Source: Pelagomonas calceolata
Lineage: Eukaryota
Assembly: GCA_918797485.1 (NCBI GenBank)
Contig: CAKKNE010000001.1
Span: forward strand, 5,084,001 to 5,148,000
Length of the DNA: 64,000 nucleotides
Direction of reading: 5' to 3'
Positions 30,013 through 41,043 of this stretch are shown in pieces. The notes under the pieces are model-generated. The model made no database searches and was not told the DNA's origin. It saw nothing but the letters and a program-made list of their open reading frames with translations. Numbering within the stretch: position 1 is the stretch's first letter; each line of letters starts with the position of its first letter. A program made the position numbers and the translations under genes.

Positions 30013-30504
30013 ATGGCCGCCGCCAAGAAGGCCTTCGCCAAGCTCACGACGGCCTTCGCTGCCGCGCCGCGCTGGACGCTCGGCCACTTCAAGGCGCACC
30101 TCAAGGAGGGCATGGACAAGGAGTCCTGGAAGACCATGCTGCCCGGCGTGCGCGGCTCCGCCCAGGTCGCCGAGATGAAGGACTCCATGAAGGTGTTAGA
30201 TGCCTTACAAGGCGACGAGCTCGATGGAAGTAATAGAGTGGAAGGTCTGCGCCTGACGCGCGTCGCGCGCGCGTCGGAGCAGTCGCGGAGTTATTGTGCT
30301 GATATATTAACGAGGTACGACCAGACCGTGCTGCTGCACCGCTGGTTTTTGAGGAGGCAGACGGCAGGATTGCCGATGCCGGAGACCCTGGAGGACGCGA
30401 CGCAGATGATGTCGCGCGACCCGCAGTCGCGGCCGCCGCGCGAGTCGCGAGCTAATAGAGCGATGCGGGCCGCGCAGAGAAGGGCGGCGCGGCGCGGGTT
30501 CTAG
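30013..30504 (+). CDS. Small protein with SRP54 M-domain-like fold
   Basis: WTLGHFK...KTMLPGV...VLDAL...RVARAS pattern; start codon uncertain. Confidence 0.6.
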   Translation: MAAAKKAFAKLTTAFAAAPRWTLGHFKAHLKEGMDKESWKTMLPGVRGSAQVAEMKDSMKVLDALQGDELDGSNRVEGLRLTRVARASEQSRSYCADILTRYDQTVLLHRWFLRRQTAGLPMPETLEDATQMMSRDPQSRPPRESRANRAMRAAQRRAARRGF

Positions 30505-30689
30505 AGACACGCGTCGCTGGCGTTGTGACGCCGTGGCGCAGCGGCGCGCGGCGATGGCGTCGAGGCGGCGGCGGCGCGTGACGCGGCGAGACGCGGTTCT
30601 GGAGTCGCGTCCGACCGCCGTGACGCCATCGACGCGACACGCCCTGCGACGCCGTCGGTACCCCCTTAACTAGTAGTCAATGTGCAGCA

Positions 30690-31625
30690 TTACTTGCGCG
30701 TAAAAGTTTTCCCGCCAGCCGTCTTCATCTCGCGCGGCTTATCGGAAGTCAGGACCGCGCGGTTCACGACCTGGATCCACGACGCCACCTTCCGCCGCAT
30801 GCGCATGTGCATGTTCGTCTTCGCCGCCTTGATGTGGAAGTGGACGTAGTTCCGGAAACCCACCAGTAAATCGCACGTCTTCTCGAGCTTTTGCGGCGTC
30901 GCGACGTGGCTTCTGAAAATCACAAAGGACACGTAGCCCGCTATCGTTGGGGATTCGGCACCTACCGATTGGATCTCGCGCGGCGGCCTAGAACCTTCGG
31001 AGAACACGCAAGGCGGCGCGCCGCCCAACGCCCGCGCTCGCTCCTGGAACTGCTGGAGGAAGACGCGCGCGTAGGCCTTGTCCGTCTCCTCGCGAAAATC
31101 GACGGCGAAGATGACCGTGACGCGGTCCCAGGAGTCGCGAGACGCCGGGTCGTTGCCGGCGACGATGTACGCGGACTCGCCCCGCCGCCACGGTAATCGA
31201 GCCACTGGTAAATCACGAGCCGTGCCATTCACTAACGCCTCGAAGGCGGCCTCGAAGGGCGCTCCCACTAAATGCCTCTTTATCCTCGCGAGTTTCCGCA
31301 GCGTTTCCGTCGGCGCCGCGCACTCGTCCGCATTGACCGACAACGCCACGTCATAGCCATTCTCCGGTTGCGTTACTAGTCCAGCAAAGGTCGTTTCCAA
31401 ACACCGCGCGCCGCCGTGCTCCAGTAACGTGTCGTAGCACGGCAATTTTGCGTGTAAAGTCAATACCGATTCCTGCCCCGGCAGCACGACGAGCTTAAAC
31501 AACGCATCGTCGAAGTCCGCGCAGCTCACCTCGCAGGGCTCGCGCTTCCCGTCAATTAAGCGCGCGCCGAGCGCCTCCTCGAGGATGGCGGACTGCGGCT
31601 CCAGTTTCAGCATCTGGGAGGCCAT
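30690..31625 (-). CDS. ARPC2: Arp2/3 complex 34-kDa subunit
   Basis: ADFD, PENGYDV, DRVTVIF, VFLQQF, FRNYVHFHIKAAKTNMHMRMR, MKTAGGKTF. Confidence 0.92.
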   Translation of the reverse strand: MASQMLKLEPQSAILEEALGARLIDGKREPCEVSCADFDDALFKLVVLPGQESVLTLHAKLPCYDTLLEHGGARCLETTFAGLVTQPENGYDVALSVNADECAAPTETLRKLARIKRHLVGAPFEAAFEALVNGTARDLPVARLPWRRGESAYIVAGNDPASRDSWDRVTVIFAVDFREETDKAYARVFLQQFQERARALGGAPPCVFSEGSRPPREIQSVGAESPTIAGYVSFVIFRSHVATPQKLEKTCDLLVGFRNYVHFHIKAAKTNMHMRMRRKVASWIQVVNRAVLTSDKPREMKTAGGKTFTRK

Positions 31626-31800
31626 GGGGCAGCCTCAAACGGTGCTGTTGGTGCCGGTGGTGAGCGGTGCAGCGCTACGTTTCGTGCCCCAGCGTCGTCG
31701 TCGTATTTTGGTGTGTTTTGAGAGGCCGCGGCGCGAGGCGGACCCCGCACCTTTCAAGGGAGGTGTCGTCTCGTCGAAGTAGGAGACTCGTCTGTAGGTT

Positions 31801-32472
31801 TTACCTCCCCCGGCCACGCCCTCGCCCGCCGCCGCCGCGACCGCGCCCACCCCGCCCGCGCCCCGCCGACGCGTCCGACGCGATGCGCTTCTTGAATGCC
31901 GCCGCCCGCTTCGATTCTCCTCCACGGGCAGCTTTCTTCGCGGCCTTGCGCGCGTCACGAGCAATTAATTGCTCGGCGCGCGCACGGTCGTCGGCCGAGA
32001 GCAAGGACGGGTCCTCCTTGAAGCGTGCACGCAGCTCCGCGTTGCGCCGGATCGTCGTCTCGTCGGCTTGCGCGCCCCAGGCCGTCGTCTTCTTGGCCCG
32101 CTTCGGAGGCGCCTCACCGACGGGCGCCGCCGCTCGCTTGGCCGCGCGGCGCGCTTCGGCCGCAGCCGATCTAGGGGCGCGCGCCGACGACGGCGCGGGA
32201 GCTGGTGCAGGTACGGGAGCTGGTGCAGGTACGGGAGCTGGTGCAGGTATGGGAGCCGGCGCTGGCACCGGCGCCGCCACTGCGCCCGCCCGTCGCGCAG
32301 CCCGCCGTGCCATCGCCGCGGGTGAGCGTTTCTCGGCCCTTTGCCTAGCGAACTGTTCTTGGCGCGTCATTTGTGGTGCTGCTGGTACCGGTGCCGGTGC
32401 CGGTGCCGGTGCGAGGGCCGCGCGTTTCGCTGCACGCCGGGCCTCGGCTGCTGCACTTCGCTTCCTCTCCAT
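31801..32472 (-). CDS. Basic low-complexity (Ala/Pro/Arg, RGG tail) protein
   Basis: 223-aa ORF; 18-bp tandem repeats encode APAPVP; RSAAAEARRAAKRAA occurs twice. Confidence 0.6.
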   Translation of the reverse strand: MERKRSAAAEARRAAKRAALAPAPAPAPVPAAPQMTRQEQFARQRAEKRSPAAMARRAARRAGAVAAPVPAPAPIPAPAPVPAPAPVPAPAPAPSSARAPRSAAAEARRAAKRAAAPVGEAPPKRAKKTTAWGAQADETTIRRNAELRARFKEDPSLLSADDRARAEQLIARDARKAAKKAARGGESKRAAAFKKRIASDASAGRGRGGRGRGGGGRGRGRGR

Positions 32473-32746
32473 TTCTAAGCCGAGCTACAGCTGCAGACGC
32501 TGGCTGCGTTGTACAGCGGTGCAATGCACAGGCGATTGATGTGTCAGAACCACCGATGCGCGAGCTACGCTGCTGCAATTGTGCGATTAATCTAGCCTGC
32601 AGGCAGCGTGTAACACACTATCTCAGAGCTAAAAAAAGAGGAAAGCACTACTTGACGCGCATCCATCCGTCGCCGCTGCGTTTTGATTGCGCGATCGGAA
32701 GCTCATTACACCTGCACTTCAGAGCACAGCACTTGCAGCTGCACTC

Positions 32747-34300
32747 ATGACTCTACTGGACCACCAACGCGCCCAAGAGCGCACCGAAGCGGCTGAAGCG
32801 CACCAAAAAGACGAAAAGCACGGCCTATTAATAACAAAGAAAGACGCCAAAGCGAAGCCGCCGTGCCCGCCAACGAAGAAATTAAGATCCCAGGCCTTCG
32901 TCCTCGACCAGATGCGGCACAGCATGAAGTTCTTCTCTCCCGAACGAGCTATTGATGAGAGTGGTGGCTACTTCCACTTCTTTGCGGCGGACGGTTCGAT
33001 CTTCGACGCGGACACTAAAGTGTTGGTCACTCAAGCTAGATTTATCTTCTCTCTATCTGTCGCGGCGGAGCACCTGAAAGACCCCAAATATCTCAAAGCC
33101 GTCGAGCACGGGGTGTCGTGGTTGGCGACGGGACCCCTGCGGAACAAAGCAAATGGCGCCTACCACTGGGCACTGAAAGATGGAAAACCGACGTCGTCTA
33201 AAATATTCACCTACGGCCTCGCGCAGTGTCTGCTGGCCTACGCGGCAGCACTCAGGGCGGGGTGCAAGGCCGCGGCGCCTTACCTAAATGAGACGTGGGA
33301 GACGCTTGAAACTAGATTATTCGTGGAAAGGGACGGTTTGTATGCCGAGGAGGCCTCATCAGATTGGAAGATTGATAAATATCGAAGTGAAAGTGGCAAC
33401 CTGCACATGACCGAGGCGCTCATCGCGTGCTACGAAGCTACGAGTGATCAAAAGTTCCTCGATAGAGCGCTGCTCGTCGCGGACCGGATCTGCAATAAGG
33501 CGGCGGGCCAGACGCAGGGTCTCGTCTGGGAGCACTTCGACGAAACTTGGACCGCGAATCTCGAGTTCGACAACGACAACGAGGCTCTCAAGATCTTCCG
33601 GCCCTGGGGCTTCCAGCCGGACCCTGTGTGGAAATCAAATTTCGGACGCCCCACGCCATCGACGCGACATCGTCCCCGCAACTGCATCTGCTCGATGGCG
33701 TGGAGGTTCCACGCCATCGACGCGACGTTGTCCCCGCAACTGCATCTGCTCGATGGCGTGGAGGTTCCACGCCATCGACGCGTTGTCCCCGTAACCTAAC
33801 TCACTGGTTGATTTCCACACAGGCCTGGCCATCAGGTGGAATGGGCGCGCTTTTTGTTGACGATTGATCGGCATTGTAAAGCGGCGGGCCAGGCGCGGTG
33901 GTGGCTCTTACCGAAAGCGCGCTTCCTCTTCGACGTCGCTACTGACAAGGCCTGGGACGACGAGTTTGGCGGGCTGTGCTACTCGATTGATTTGGATGGG
34001 GCCGTCTGCAACGGCGACAAGATCTTCTGGGTCCAGTGCGAATCGATCGGGACGGCCGCGATGCTCGCTTCCACTACTGGCGAGGACAAGTATTGGCAGA
34101 TATATGATAAATTGTGGCGCTACAGCTGGGACAAGTGGGTCGACCACGAGCACGGGTCCTGGTTCAGGCGCATGAACCGGGAGCACGTGCCGTACTTTAC
34201 GGAGAAGACCAAGTTGTCGTTGTGTGTGGACCCGGACTTCCACATGCTCGGCGCCTATGCGGGTTGTCTGACGTTTATGAATGACGCGGGCGTGGCCTAG
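32747..34300 (+). CDS. AGE/YihS-family sugar epimerase-isomerase; exons 32747-33615 and 33823-34300
   Basis: GGYFH, LVTQARF, YGLA, NLHMTEALI, EHFD; splicing restores RPWGFQPGHQVEW; KIFWVQCE, PDFH. Confidence 0.9.
33616..33822 (+). mobile_element. Introner element forming a GC-AG intron
   Basis: Perfect 15-bp TIR CTGTGTGGAAATCAA (33624-33638, 33808-33822); TSD gccggacc/gcctggcc (6/8); internal ~58-bp tandem duplication. Confidence 0.9.
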
Positions 34301-34379
34301 GTTATTTAGTAATTTTCGCTTAGAGAGAGATAATCGCGCGAGTATTGTTACGGTGCTAGAGAGATAATCGGCAAAAAAG

Positions 34380-34401
34380 CTAGTGTCTTACAGGACGCTA
34401 G
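34380..34401 (+). promoter_or_regulatory. CTAG-box motif (ctagtgtcttacaggacgctag)
   Basis: About 110 bp upstream of a tandem-oriented gene. Confidence 0.7.
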
Positions 34402-34508
34402 CTCGTTTTTTGGGTCGGCTCTGCGGCGCACGTCTGCGCGCGCAGCCGTCCAGCTGCTACCATAAGGCTGCAGCCAGTGCTCAAGGCACTGTTGCATCGG
34501 TCTGTTGC

Positions 34509-35483
34509 ATGGCGCGACTTGATGCTGATGCTGTGGGTGGCCAATTCAGCCCTACCTGGATGGGAAGGCACAGCCTATACACTCAGGTCACGGGAGACGC
34601 GAGAGGTCCTGATAATGTTGTAGCTCATGGAGCTAACAGACGGTTGTGGACCGCCGTCGACACGGGATACCTCCTCGGAATCCGTGCGGCCATCCGCGCG
34701 GGCGCGGACATCGACTCGGTCGATTTAGGGTGGGCAGCGGTGAACTGGGCTGTGAGCCAAAATAGACTCGACGTCGCTTCTGAACTGCTCTCCCTGGGCG
34801 CCAATCCGAATGCGGGACACCCGAGGGCATCCGGCCTGCATGTGGCGGCATACCGCGGGAGGTTTGACGTGGTTTTGATGCTACTTCGCAGCGGGGCAGA
34901 GCTTCGGGAGATACCGGGCGTAGAACATCCAATGAATGTGATTCCTGAGTGGTTTGGAGCTTCTCCGATCGTGCCCCGGAGCCGCGTCGAGAATTGTCCC
35001 ATTACGATTCAGTATTTAAGACGCGTGCACGAGTCGGGAGGCTTTAACACCTACAAGGAGACACGCTACCGCGGGTGCCTGGCTGTGCATCTCATTGCAC
35101 GCCATCGGCGCTTGCCTACTGATGTCCAAGGTGTAATTCTCAAGACTCTACTGGGCTCCCGGGGTCGCAAGATAATCATCGAAGTGGTTGACATGTTCTC
35201 TGGTCTTCCCGCCACAACATCGAGGATTATTCACTTTATTGTAGATGCAAAAATGTGTCTCCGGATCCTCTTTAAACGCTACCTTAGATTGATGAATGAC
35301 GACCTCTCCGAAGTGGTCGCGCGAGTGTATCAAGGGCGCCGAGTTAAGTTGAGCTTTCGCCTGCCGGACACGGACGTGGGGATCAATGGAACTGAAACGC
35401 TGCGATCCTTAGGTTTGTCCAGCGCCGCTGAGGCCGGCGAGATGGCGCCGGTGGTCTTCGAGGCGCATCTTTTGGAGGCCTAA
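34509..35483 (+). CDS. Ankyrin-repeat protein
   Basis: GADID, GANPN, LHVAAYRG; RVHESGGF..Y...RRLPTDV segment resembles that of 3924-4817. Confidence 0.75.
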   Translation: MARLDADAVGGQFSPTWMGRHSLYTQVTGDARGPDNVVAHGANRRLWTAVDTGYLLGIRAAIRAGADIDSVDLGWAAVNWAVSQNRLDVASELLSLGANPNAGHPRASGLHVAAYRGRFDVVLMLLRSGAELREIPGVEHPMNVIPEWFGASPIVPRSRVENCPITIQYLRRVHESGGFNTYKETRYRGCLAVHLIARHRRLPTDVQGVILKTLLGSRGRKIIIEVVDMFSGLPATTSRIIHFIVDAKMCLRILFKRYLRLMNDDLSEVVARVYQGRRVKLSFRLPDTDVGINGTETLRSLGLSSAAEAGEMAPVVFEAHLLEA

Positions 35484-35563
35484 TGTTCTGTTGTTTTATG
35501 ACACAACTACATATGAAACACACGACGCGCTAGGCGCCGTAGTCTCCAAATATTGTCAACAAT

Positions 35564-36607
35564 TTACCCGCCGCCCCGCACGAGGTCCAAGTACCGCCCC
35601 GCCTTCGCACACAAGGCGTCGAGCGCAGCGTTGTCGCCGCCGCGGCGCGCCGCCTCGACGGCGTCGGCGCCAGCTTTTCGAGCGTCGTCCGCGTCGGACG
35701 GCTCGTCGTCGAAGAGGCCGCCGCGCGGCTTGGCCGGCGACGCGCGGTGGCCGTGGTGGTGCGCGACGAGCAAATCGCGCACCGTGCCGGCGAGTGTGTC
35801 GCGCGTGGCGCGCGTCCGCACCAAGTCCTCCACGAGGGCCTCGCGCTCCGACCGCGCGCTCTGCAGTTCCTCCCTTAATTTCTGCTGCGCTTGCGACGAG
35901 TGCCACGTCTGCAACAGGAGTAACTTGGGCGGCGGCGCCGATGCAAACACCGTCGCGAGGAAGTTCCGCAGGGACAGCACCAGGGCGTCGTGCCACTCCC
36001 GCTTGAAGTAGGGCGCGAAGAGCGGGTCGCGGTCGGGCCGCGGCACGTGCGGCATGGCGAACCACTCGCGCCAGCGCGCGCCGTTGCGCGCGTCGACGGG
36101 CGGCGGCTTGGTTGGTCGGTCGTCGTCATCATATAAAGCCCAGACGACCTCGGCGTCCTGCTTTGGTGCTGATGGCGGTTTGCTGGTCGCGTCGGCGGCG
36201 TCGCGGCGGGCGAGCTCCGTCAGGAGTTGCGTCGCCTTCTGGCGCTCGCCTCTTTTCACCGCGGCCACGCAGTAGGCCCTATACACACCCCGTTCCAACG
36301 CTTGCGCGTGTGCCGTCATCTCCGCGTCCAGGCGCCGGAAGAAGCGACTCGAGAGAAAATCCCACGCATCGAGCAAAGCCGCGTGGTCCAGCGTCTGGAT
36401 AGGTTTCAATAAAGCGTCGGTGGCGAAGGTTGCGTCGTAGGCGCCCCGTCTCGTGGCGTCGTCCGCTCTCGCGGCGTTGAGCGCGCGAAAGACCTCGTTG
36501 AAACCGCGAAAGGCGACGTATTCGAGGACGACCTCGTCGGCGGCGTCGAGGGCTTTGCGTTGCGCCGACGGGCTGGTTGTTGTTTCTGGTGTGGCCATTT
36601 GTGCCAT
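35564..36607 (-). CDS. WDR91 N-terminal-like protein lacking WD40 repeats
   Basis: LisH-like EYVAFRGF; WREWFAMP...DPLFAPYF..EW.DAL.LSLRNFL. Confidence 0.75.
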   Translation of the reverse strand: MAQMATPETTTSPSAQRKALDAADEVVLEYVAFRGFNEVFRALNAARADDATRRGAYDATFATDALLKPIQTLDHAALLDAWDFLSSRFFRRLDAEMTAHAQALERGVYRAYCVAAVKRGERQKATQLLTELARRDAADATSKPPSAPKQDAEVVWALYDDDDRPTKPPPVDARNGARWREWFAMPHVPRPDRDPLFAPYFKREWHDALVLSLRNFLATVFASAPPPKLLLLQTWHSSQAQQKLREELQSARSEREALVEDLVRTRATRDTLAGTVRDLLVAHHHGHRASPAKPRGGLFDDEPSDADDARKAGADAVEAARRGGDNAALDALCAKAGRYLDLVRGGG

Positions 36608-36808
36608 CGCTGCGCGCGTTTTTTTACTGTCGCGTCTGGCGTGAGCAGGGCTGCACCCAAATCACCCAAATCAATGAATGTGCTGTAAAAGCTGGCTACC
36701 GATGGATTGCTGTCGCTGCGGCTGCAGTGATACCACGAATAACGATGCCCAAGCACCTCACAAGCTTTGGCAGCTTTGTTTTCTTCTGCTTGCAAAATGC
36801 TGGGCTTG

Positions 36809-36829
36809 CTAGTGCCTTACAAGCGCTAG
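36809..36829 (+). promoter_or_regulatory. CTAG-box motif (ctagtgccttacaagcgctag)
   Basis: Between divergent genes. Confidence 0.65.
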
Positions 36830-36938
36830 CTGCGGCTGCGGCCAAGCCGCGTTTTGCCGCATCGATTGCAGAAACAGGTCAAAGACATCAAATTGTTGAA
36901 CAAGTGCCGCTGCACAGCGCAAGCGCAAGTGCAGCAAC

Positions 36939-38960
36939 ATGGAAGACACAGTGCCGCCAGCCGCAGCACAAGCCATCATCACAGCCTCCAACCTCCTCAA
37001 CGACGAGCAGCAGTGCCACAAAGCCGCGGCCCACTTCACCCAAGCCTTTCGACTCGCACCGCAACTAGCAACGGCATTCGCGGAGGAGTTCGCGGAGGCG
37101 GCGGACGCGCTCGCCACGCACCGGTCGCAAAACAAAGGCAGTGAGGAGGCGTGGCGCGCCGTCGTGGGCGCCTACCTGACCTGCATCAACGCCTGCCCCG
37201 CCAACGCCCTGCTCCTGACGCGCCTCGGCGTCGCCGCGCACGCGCGCGGCAAGCTCGTGGAGGCGCGGGCGGCGTTCGTGAAAGCGGCGACCCTCGACGA
37301 CGCCGTCGCGGCCGAGGCGGCGCGACGGTGCGGCGCCGCGCTCATAGAAAACTGGCACTGACGCATGCTCGCGGACACGGCGCGGAACGAGTTCTTCGCC
37401 GGTGCGGTGGCGCGGGCGGTCGCCGCCGGGGCAACGACCGTCTTGGACGTCGGGAGCGGGACCGGATTATTGGCGATGGCCGCGGCGCGGGCCGGCGCGG
37501 CGCGCGTCGACGCCGTCGAGCGGTGCCCGGCGATGGCGCGCGTCTGCAGCGAGGTGCTGCGCCTGAATAGGAGCGACGTCACCCTGCACTGCGCCGAGTC
37601 GACGCGTTACGGAACGGATATCAGGTACGACGTCGTCGTCGCCGAGGTCGTCGACGCCGCTTTGTTTGGCGAGGGCTGCCTCGCGACGCTGGCTGATGTT
37701 TCAAAGCGGCTGGCGCACGATACAACGAAAATTATACCGCGACGCGCCGCGTTGTACGCCGTCGCGGTGCAGTCGCCCGAGCTGCGGAGCCGCTACGCGG
37801 CCGGAGCCGCGCGGGCGCGCGAGCCGTATACGGTGTGCGACCTCGACGCGACGCCCCATACGAAACTGGCGACGTTGGACCTCGGCGAGCTCGACTTGGT
37901 AAGTGTCGCCCTGCAGGGCAGACGGGAGACGGTGCTCGGCGAGGCCGAGGCTGTTGTAATGCAAGGGGGGCGCCTCGAGGGCTTCGCCGTGTACTTCGAG
38001 CTGCGAGACGGGGACGCGCGGCTCACGACGGCGCCGGCCCTCTACGCCGGGAATACACCGCGTGCGGTGTCCTGGACCCAGGCCCTCTTCCACGTCGACG
38101 CCGCGCCCGTCGTCAAGGCGGGCGACGTTTTGAGATTAAGAGCGTCGGTCGCGCCCGACGGCGGCATCGACGTCCTGCGGCTGGCCTACGGCATCAACGA
38201 CGCGCCCTCCCAAGCGACGGCCGCCGTGAGCGACGACGCCCCGTCCGCCGACGACGTCGAGCGCGCGAACGATGGCGTCTACGCCGCGGCGCACGCGCGC
38301 GCCGTGCAAAAGGCAGTCGCCGAGACGAACGCCCCGGTCTGCGAGTGCGGTCTGTTCGCCGGGTCGACTCCAACGCCGGGTCAGGTCGTCGTCTCCCACG
38401 CGCCCGTCGAGGCTTCCGGGCTCCTGCGGCCGGCTGCTTTTGACCTGCCGCTCGCGCGGGCCGTCCGCGTCGTGCCGCGCGCGGCGACGTGCGTGGGCCG
38501 CCTCGTCGCGTCTCCATCATTGCGACGGGCCTACTTCTGCGACGAGGCGCTGGGTTTCGACGTCAAGCCGCTGAACGCCTTCGCGTCGCCTATCGCAAGG
38601 GACGTCGACCCGCGCGCGTTCTCTGATTTGACGTACCTGACGGCGACGGGTATGGTACGCCGCGTCGATTTTGTGACAGGAGCGGACCCGGCCGCGGTGC
38701 CCGAGGCGTGTTCGTTAGACGTCGCGACGACAGGCGTCGCCGACGCTCTCTTATATTGGTGGCGCCTCGGCTACGACGCGGAGTCGCTCTCGACGCGGCC
38801 CGACCTGGATGGGGGCGGGCCCCTGTCGCACTGGCGCTGCGCGGCGTGCGTCCTGCGGCCGGGCTTGTCTGTGAGTGATGGTGATACAGTGCGGATTGCG
38901 TGCGCGGTGCGGTTCGGGTGCCTGGAGGTGTTGTCCGCGGAGGTGTTGTCTTCTGAGTGA
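36939..38960 (+). CDS. TPR + tandem arginine methyltransferase (PRMT9/PRMT7-like) with in-frame TGA at 37359-37361
   Basis: TPR-like N-terminus; ENWH*RMLADTARN; VLDVGSGTGLLAM; EVVDAALFGEG; second degenerate module ending SHW. Confidence 0.8.
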
Positions 38961-39021
38961 GTAGTTTTGTCCTAAGCGTTGGTAAGTTTTATTAACTGGC
39001 GGCGACGGCGTGCCGCATATA

Positions 39022-39372
39022 CTAGTCGAGGCGCCACGGCGGGAGAATTGTGCCGAAGAGCTCGAGGCCGCGGATGTGCATGCATCGAAAAGGCCGGTGG
39101 CTTTGCGGAGGCATCAGCCGGATCCGGAAGCGGGTCGAGGCGCCGGCGACGCCCAAGTGCCGAAAAATAACGGGGTGGGTGCGCCCGCTATAATTCCCGC
39201 CAGGCCACGGACTGTGCGCGCAGAAGTAGAGCTGGCGCCATTCCCCACCATCGAAGGCCTCGAACGTCCAATCGAAAAAGTGTTCTGCAGCGCAGGTGGA
39301 AAATCCGAAGCTGAACGCTGTAACTTGCAACTGGAACGGGAGATCATACTGAATCGAAGAGTCCGTTGTAAG
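39022..39372 (-). pseudogene. 5'-truncated gene fragment (discoidin/F5-8C-like C-terminus)
   Basis: WTFEAFDGGEW...RFRIRL...MHIRGLELFG; no room for a 5' end or promoter. Confidence 0.5.
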
Positions 39373-40173
39373 AACTTCTACCATGCGGCGATTATGATCC
39401 TCATGTGGCTCCAGCTCCCGATGACGGACGGGGCGTCCCTGATGTACGATAAAGTTACCAAGAAGATCGCCGTGCCGTTACTCGAGCCTTATGTCTCAAA
39501 ATTCAACGACGGCTCCATCCTCGGCTCCATCGCCAAGTTCATAGGCTTCGGCGTCAGCGCTAGTCATGTCATGTTCCTCTACTTCATCTTCATCATCCTA
39601 CCGTCGAGCGTGGAGCGTTTCATCGTCGTCGTCACGGGCTGCCTCTATCCCATCGCGGCGTCGATCGTGGCGGTCACGACGGACATGGCCAACGACGACA
39701 CGCAGTGGCTCGTGTATTGGGTATGCTTCGCCAGTACGCACCTGCGCGGAAATCGAATCTGAGTTTGAGTAGGGCGCCAGGACGACCGATGCGTCACCCA
39801 AGCCATCGACGCGACGTCCCTGCCCCCCACAGGTATGTACCTCGTCATGCTCGCCTCGGACGACATATTGTACTGGATCCCGGGCTACCACTCGGCGATG
39901 CTCACGTTCGTCTGTTACCTTATGTTGCCGGCACGCTCACCCGCGCAGAAATTAAGAGATATCACGCCGTCGACGAGACATGTCACACAGGTGTTCAACG
40001 GCGCCGACTCCATCTTCCGCGGCATCCTCGTGCCCGTCTTCGGTTTGAAAGCTCAGCTACTCCGCCGCGACGCGCGCGTTCTCGCCGAGGAGACGACCAA
40101 GGGCCTCACGGAAGAGCAAAAGGCCGCCGTGGTGGCGTCGTTCAACGAAGGCGTAGCCAAGAAGACGAACTAA
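39373..40173 (+). CDS. 5'-truncated HVA22/TB2/DP1 (REEP)-family membrane protein; introns 39734-39832 and 39931-39990
   Basis: WLQLPMTDGA, YPIAASI...DDTQWLVYW, WIPGY, spliced YLMLP|VFNGA. Confidence 0.75.
39734..39832 (+). other. GT-AG intron, decayed introner
   Basis: TSD remnant gtacgcac/gtatgtac (6/8), left TIR remnant ctgcgcggaaatcga, internal gccatcgacgcg. Confidence 0.8.
39931..39990 (+). other. In-frame 60-nt GC-AG intron
   Basis: Ends cacacag; removal restores LPVFNGA. Confidence 0.7.
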
Positions 40174-40209
40174 CGTCTCACAAGCCCCTCCCCTCTAACA
40201 ACTCCTCAT

Positions 40210-41043
40210 TTACTCGGACATATCACATCGAACGACCGTCACCACCGTCCCGCGCCGTCGACCCTGAGAGGACGCGGCACAAATGGCAGGCTTCTCCCCG
40301 CCGCGGCAGCGCGCCGCCCACGCCCCGAGCTGCTTCTTGAAGCCCGCGTTCGGGCGGCACTGCGGCCGCCGATTCTGGACGATGCGGAGCGCCTCGCCGG
40401 CGGACAAGGAGCCGCTCCAGATGAGATAGGCGGCGACGGACGTGCATGCCCGCGACACGCCGGCCCCGCAGTGGACGTACGCGATTTCTCGCGCCCGTCG
40501 AGCTTCGTCGAGGAAAGCTGCGATCTGTGGAAACGCGTTCGCGAGCGGCGCATTCTCGTCGTCGCGGCAGACGACGTGCAAGTGATGCGTCACGAACGCA
40601 GGCAGCGTGCGAGGCGTGTCTGCGGTGACGACGGAACACACTCGACTAATCTTCTGCTCCCGGAGCACGCGGCAGTCGTCGTTGAGAGCCGCCCAGCCGC
40701 CTACGTATAAATATTCGAGGACCTGGTGCACGAGCGCAAATTTTCCGGGTCGGGCGCGTTTCAGCCGCCGCCGCATCTCGTCGCCGAGGCCCGCGTCCGT
40801 GAGGGCCGCGGCGGCCGCTTCCCTCGCACGTTCGCATGCCGCATCGCCGTCCTCGTTCGTGACCGCCATGCGCAGCTTGTCGACGGCCTCACGCGCCACC
40901 ACATGTGCGTCGCTCGTCGCCTCGGCGTCGTCCAGCGCCTCCGCGGCGACGTAAGCAAACATTAACAGGCGGCCAGCGGCCTTTTTTCCCTTCGTCTTAT
41001 CCTTGGCAGCCGCCGCCGCGACGTGAAGGGTGCTGGCAGCCAT
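40210..41043 (-). CDS. Dual-specificity protein phosphatase
   Basis: LYVGG, VHCGAGVSR, AYLI, RPNAGF; alternative start at 41190. Confidence 0.85.
   Translation of the reverse strand: MAASTLHVAAAAAKDKTKGKKAAGRLLMFAYVAAEALDDAEATSDAHVVAREAVDKLRMAVTNEDGDAACERAREAAAAALTDAGLGDEMRRRLKRARPGKFALVHQVLEYLYVGGWAALNDDCRVLREQKISRVCSVVTADTPRTLPAFVTHHLHVVCRDDENAPLANAFPQIAAFLDEARRAREIAYVHCGAGVSRACTSVAAYLIWSGSLSAGEALRIVQNRRPQCRPNAGFKKQLGAWAARCRGGEKPAICAASSQGRRRGTVVTVVRCDMSE

Noticed and set aside
33650..33795. ~58-bp tandem repeats (also 43250-43355) as a CRISPR array
   Set aside because: Whole units are duplicated without unique spacers and lie inside introner elements
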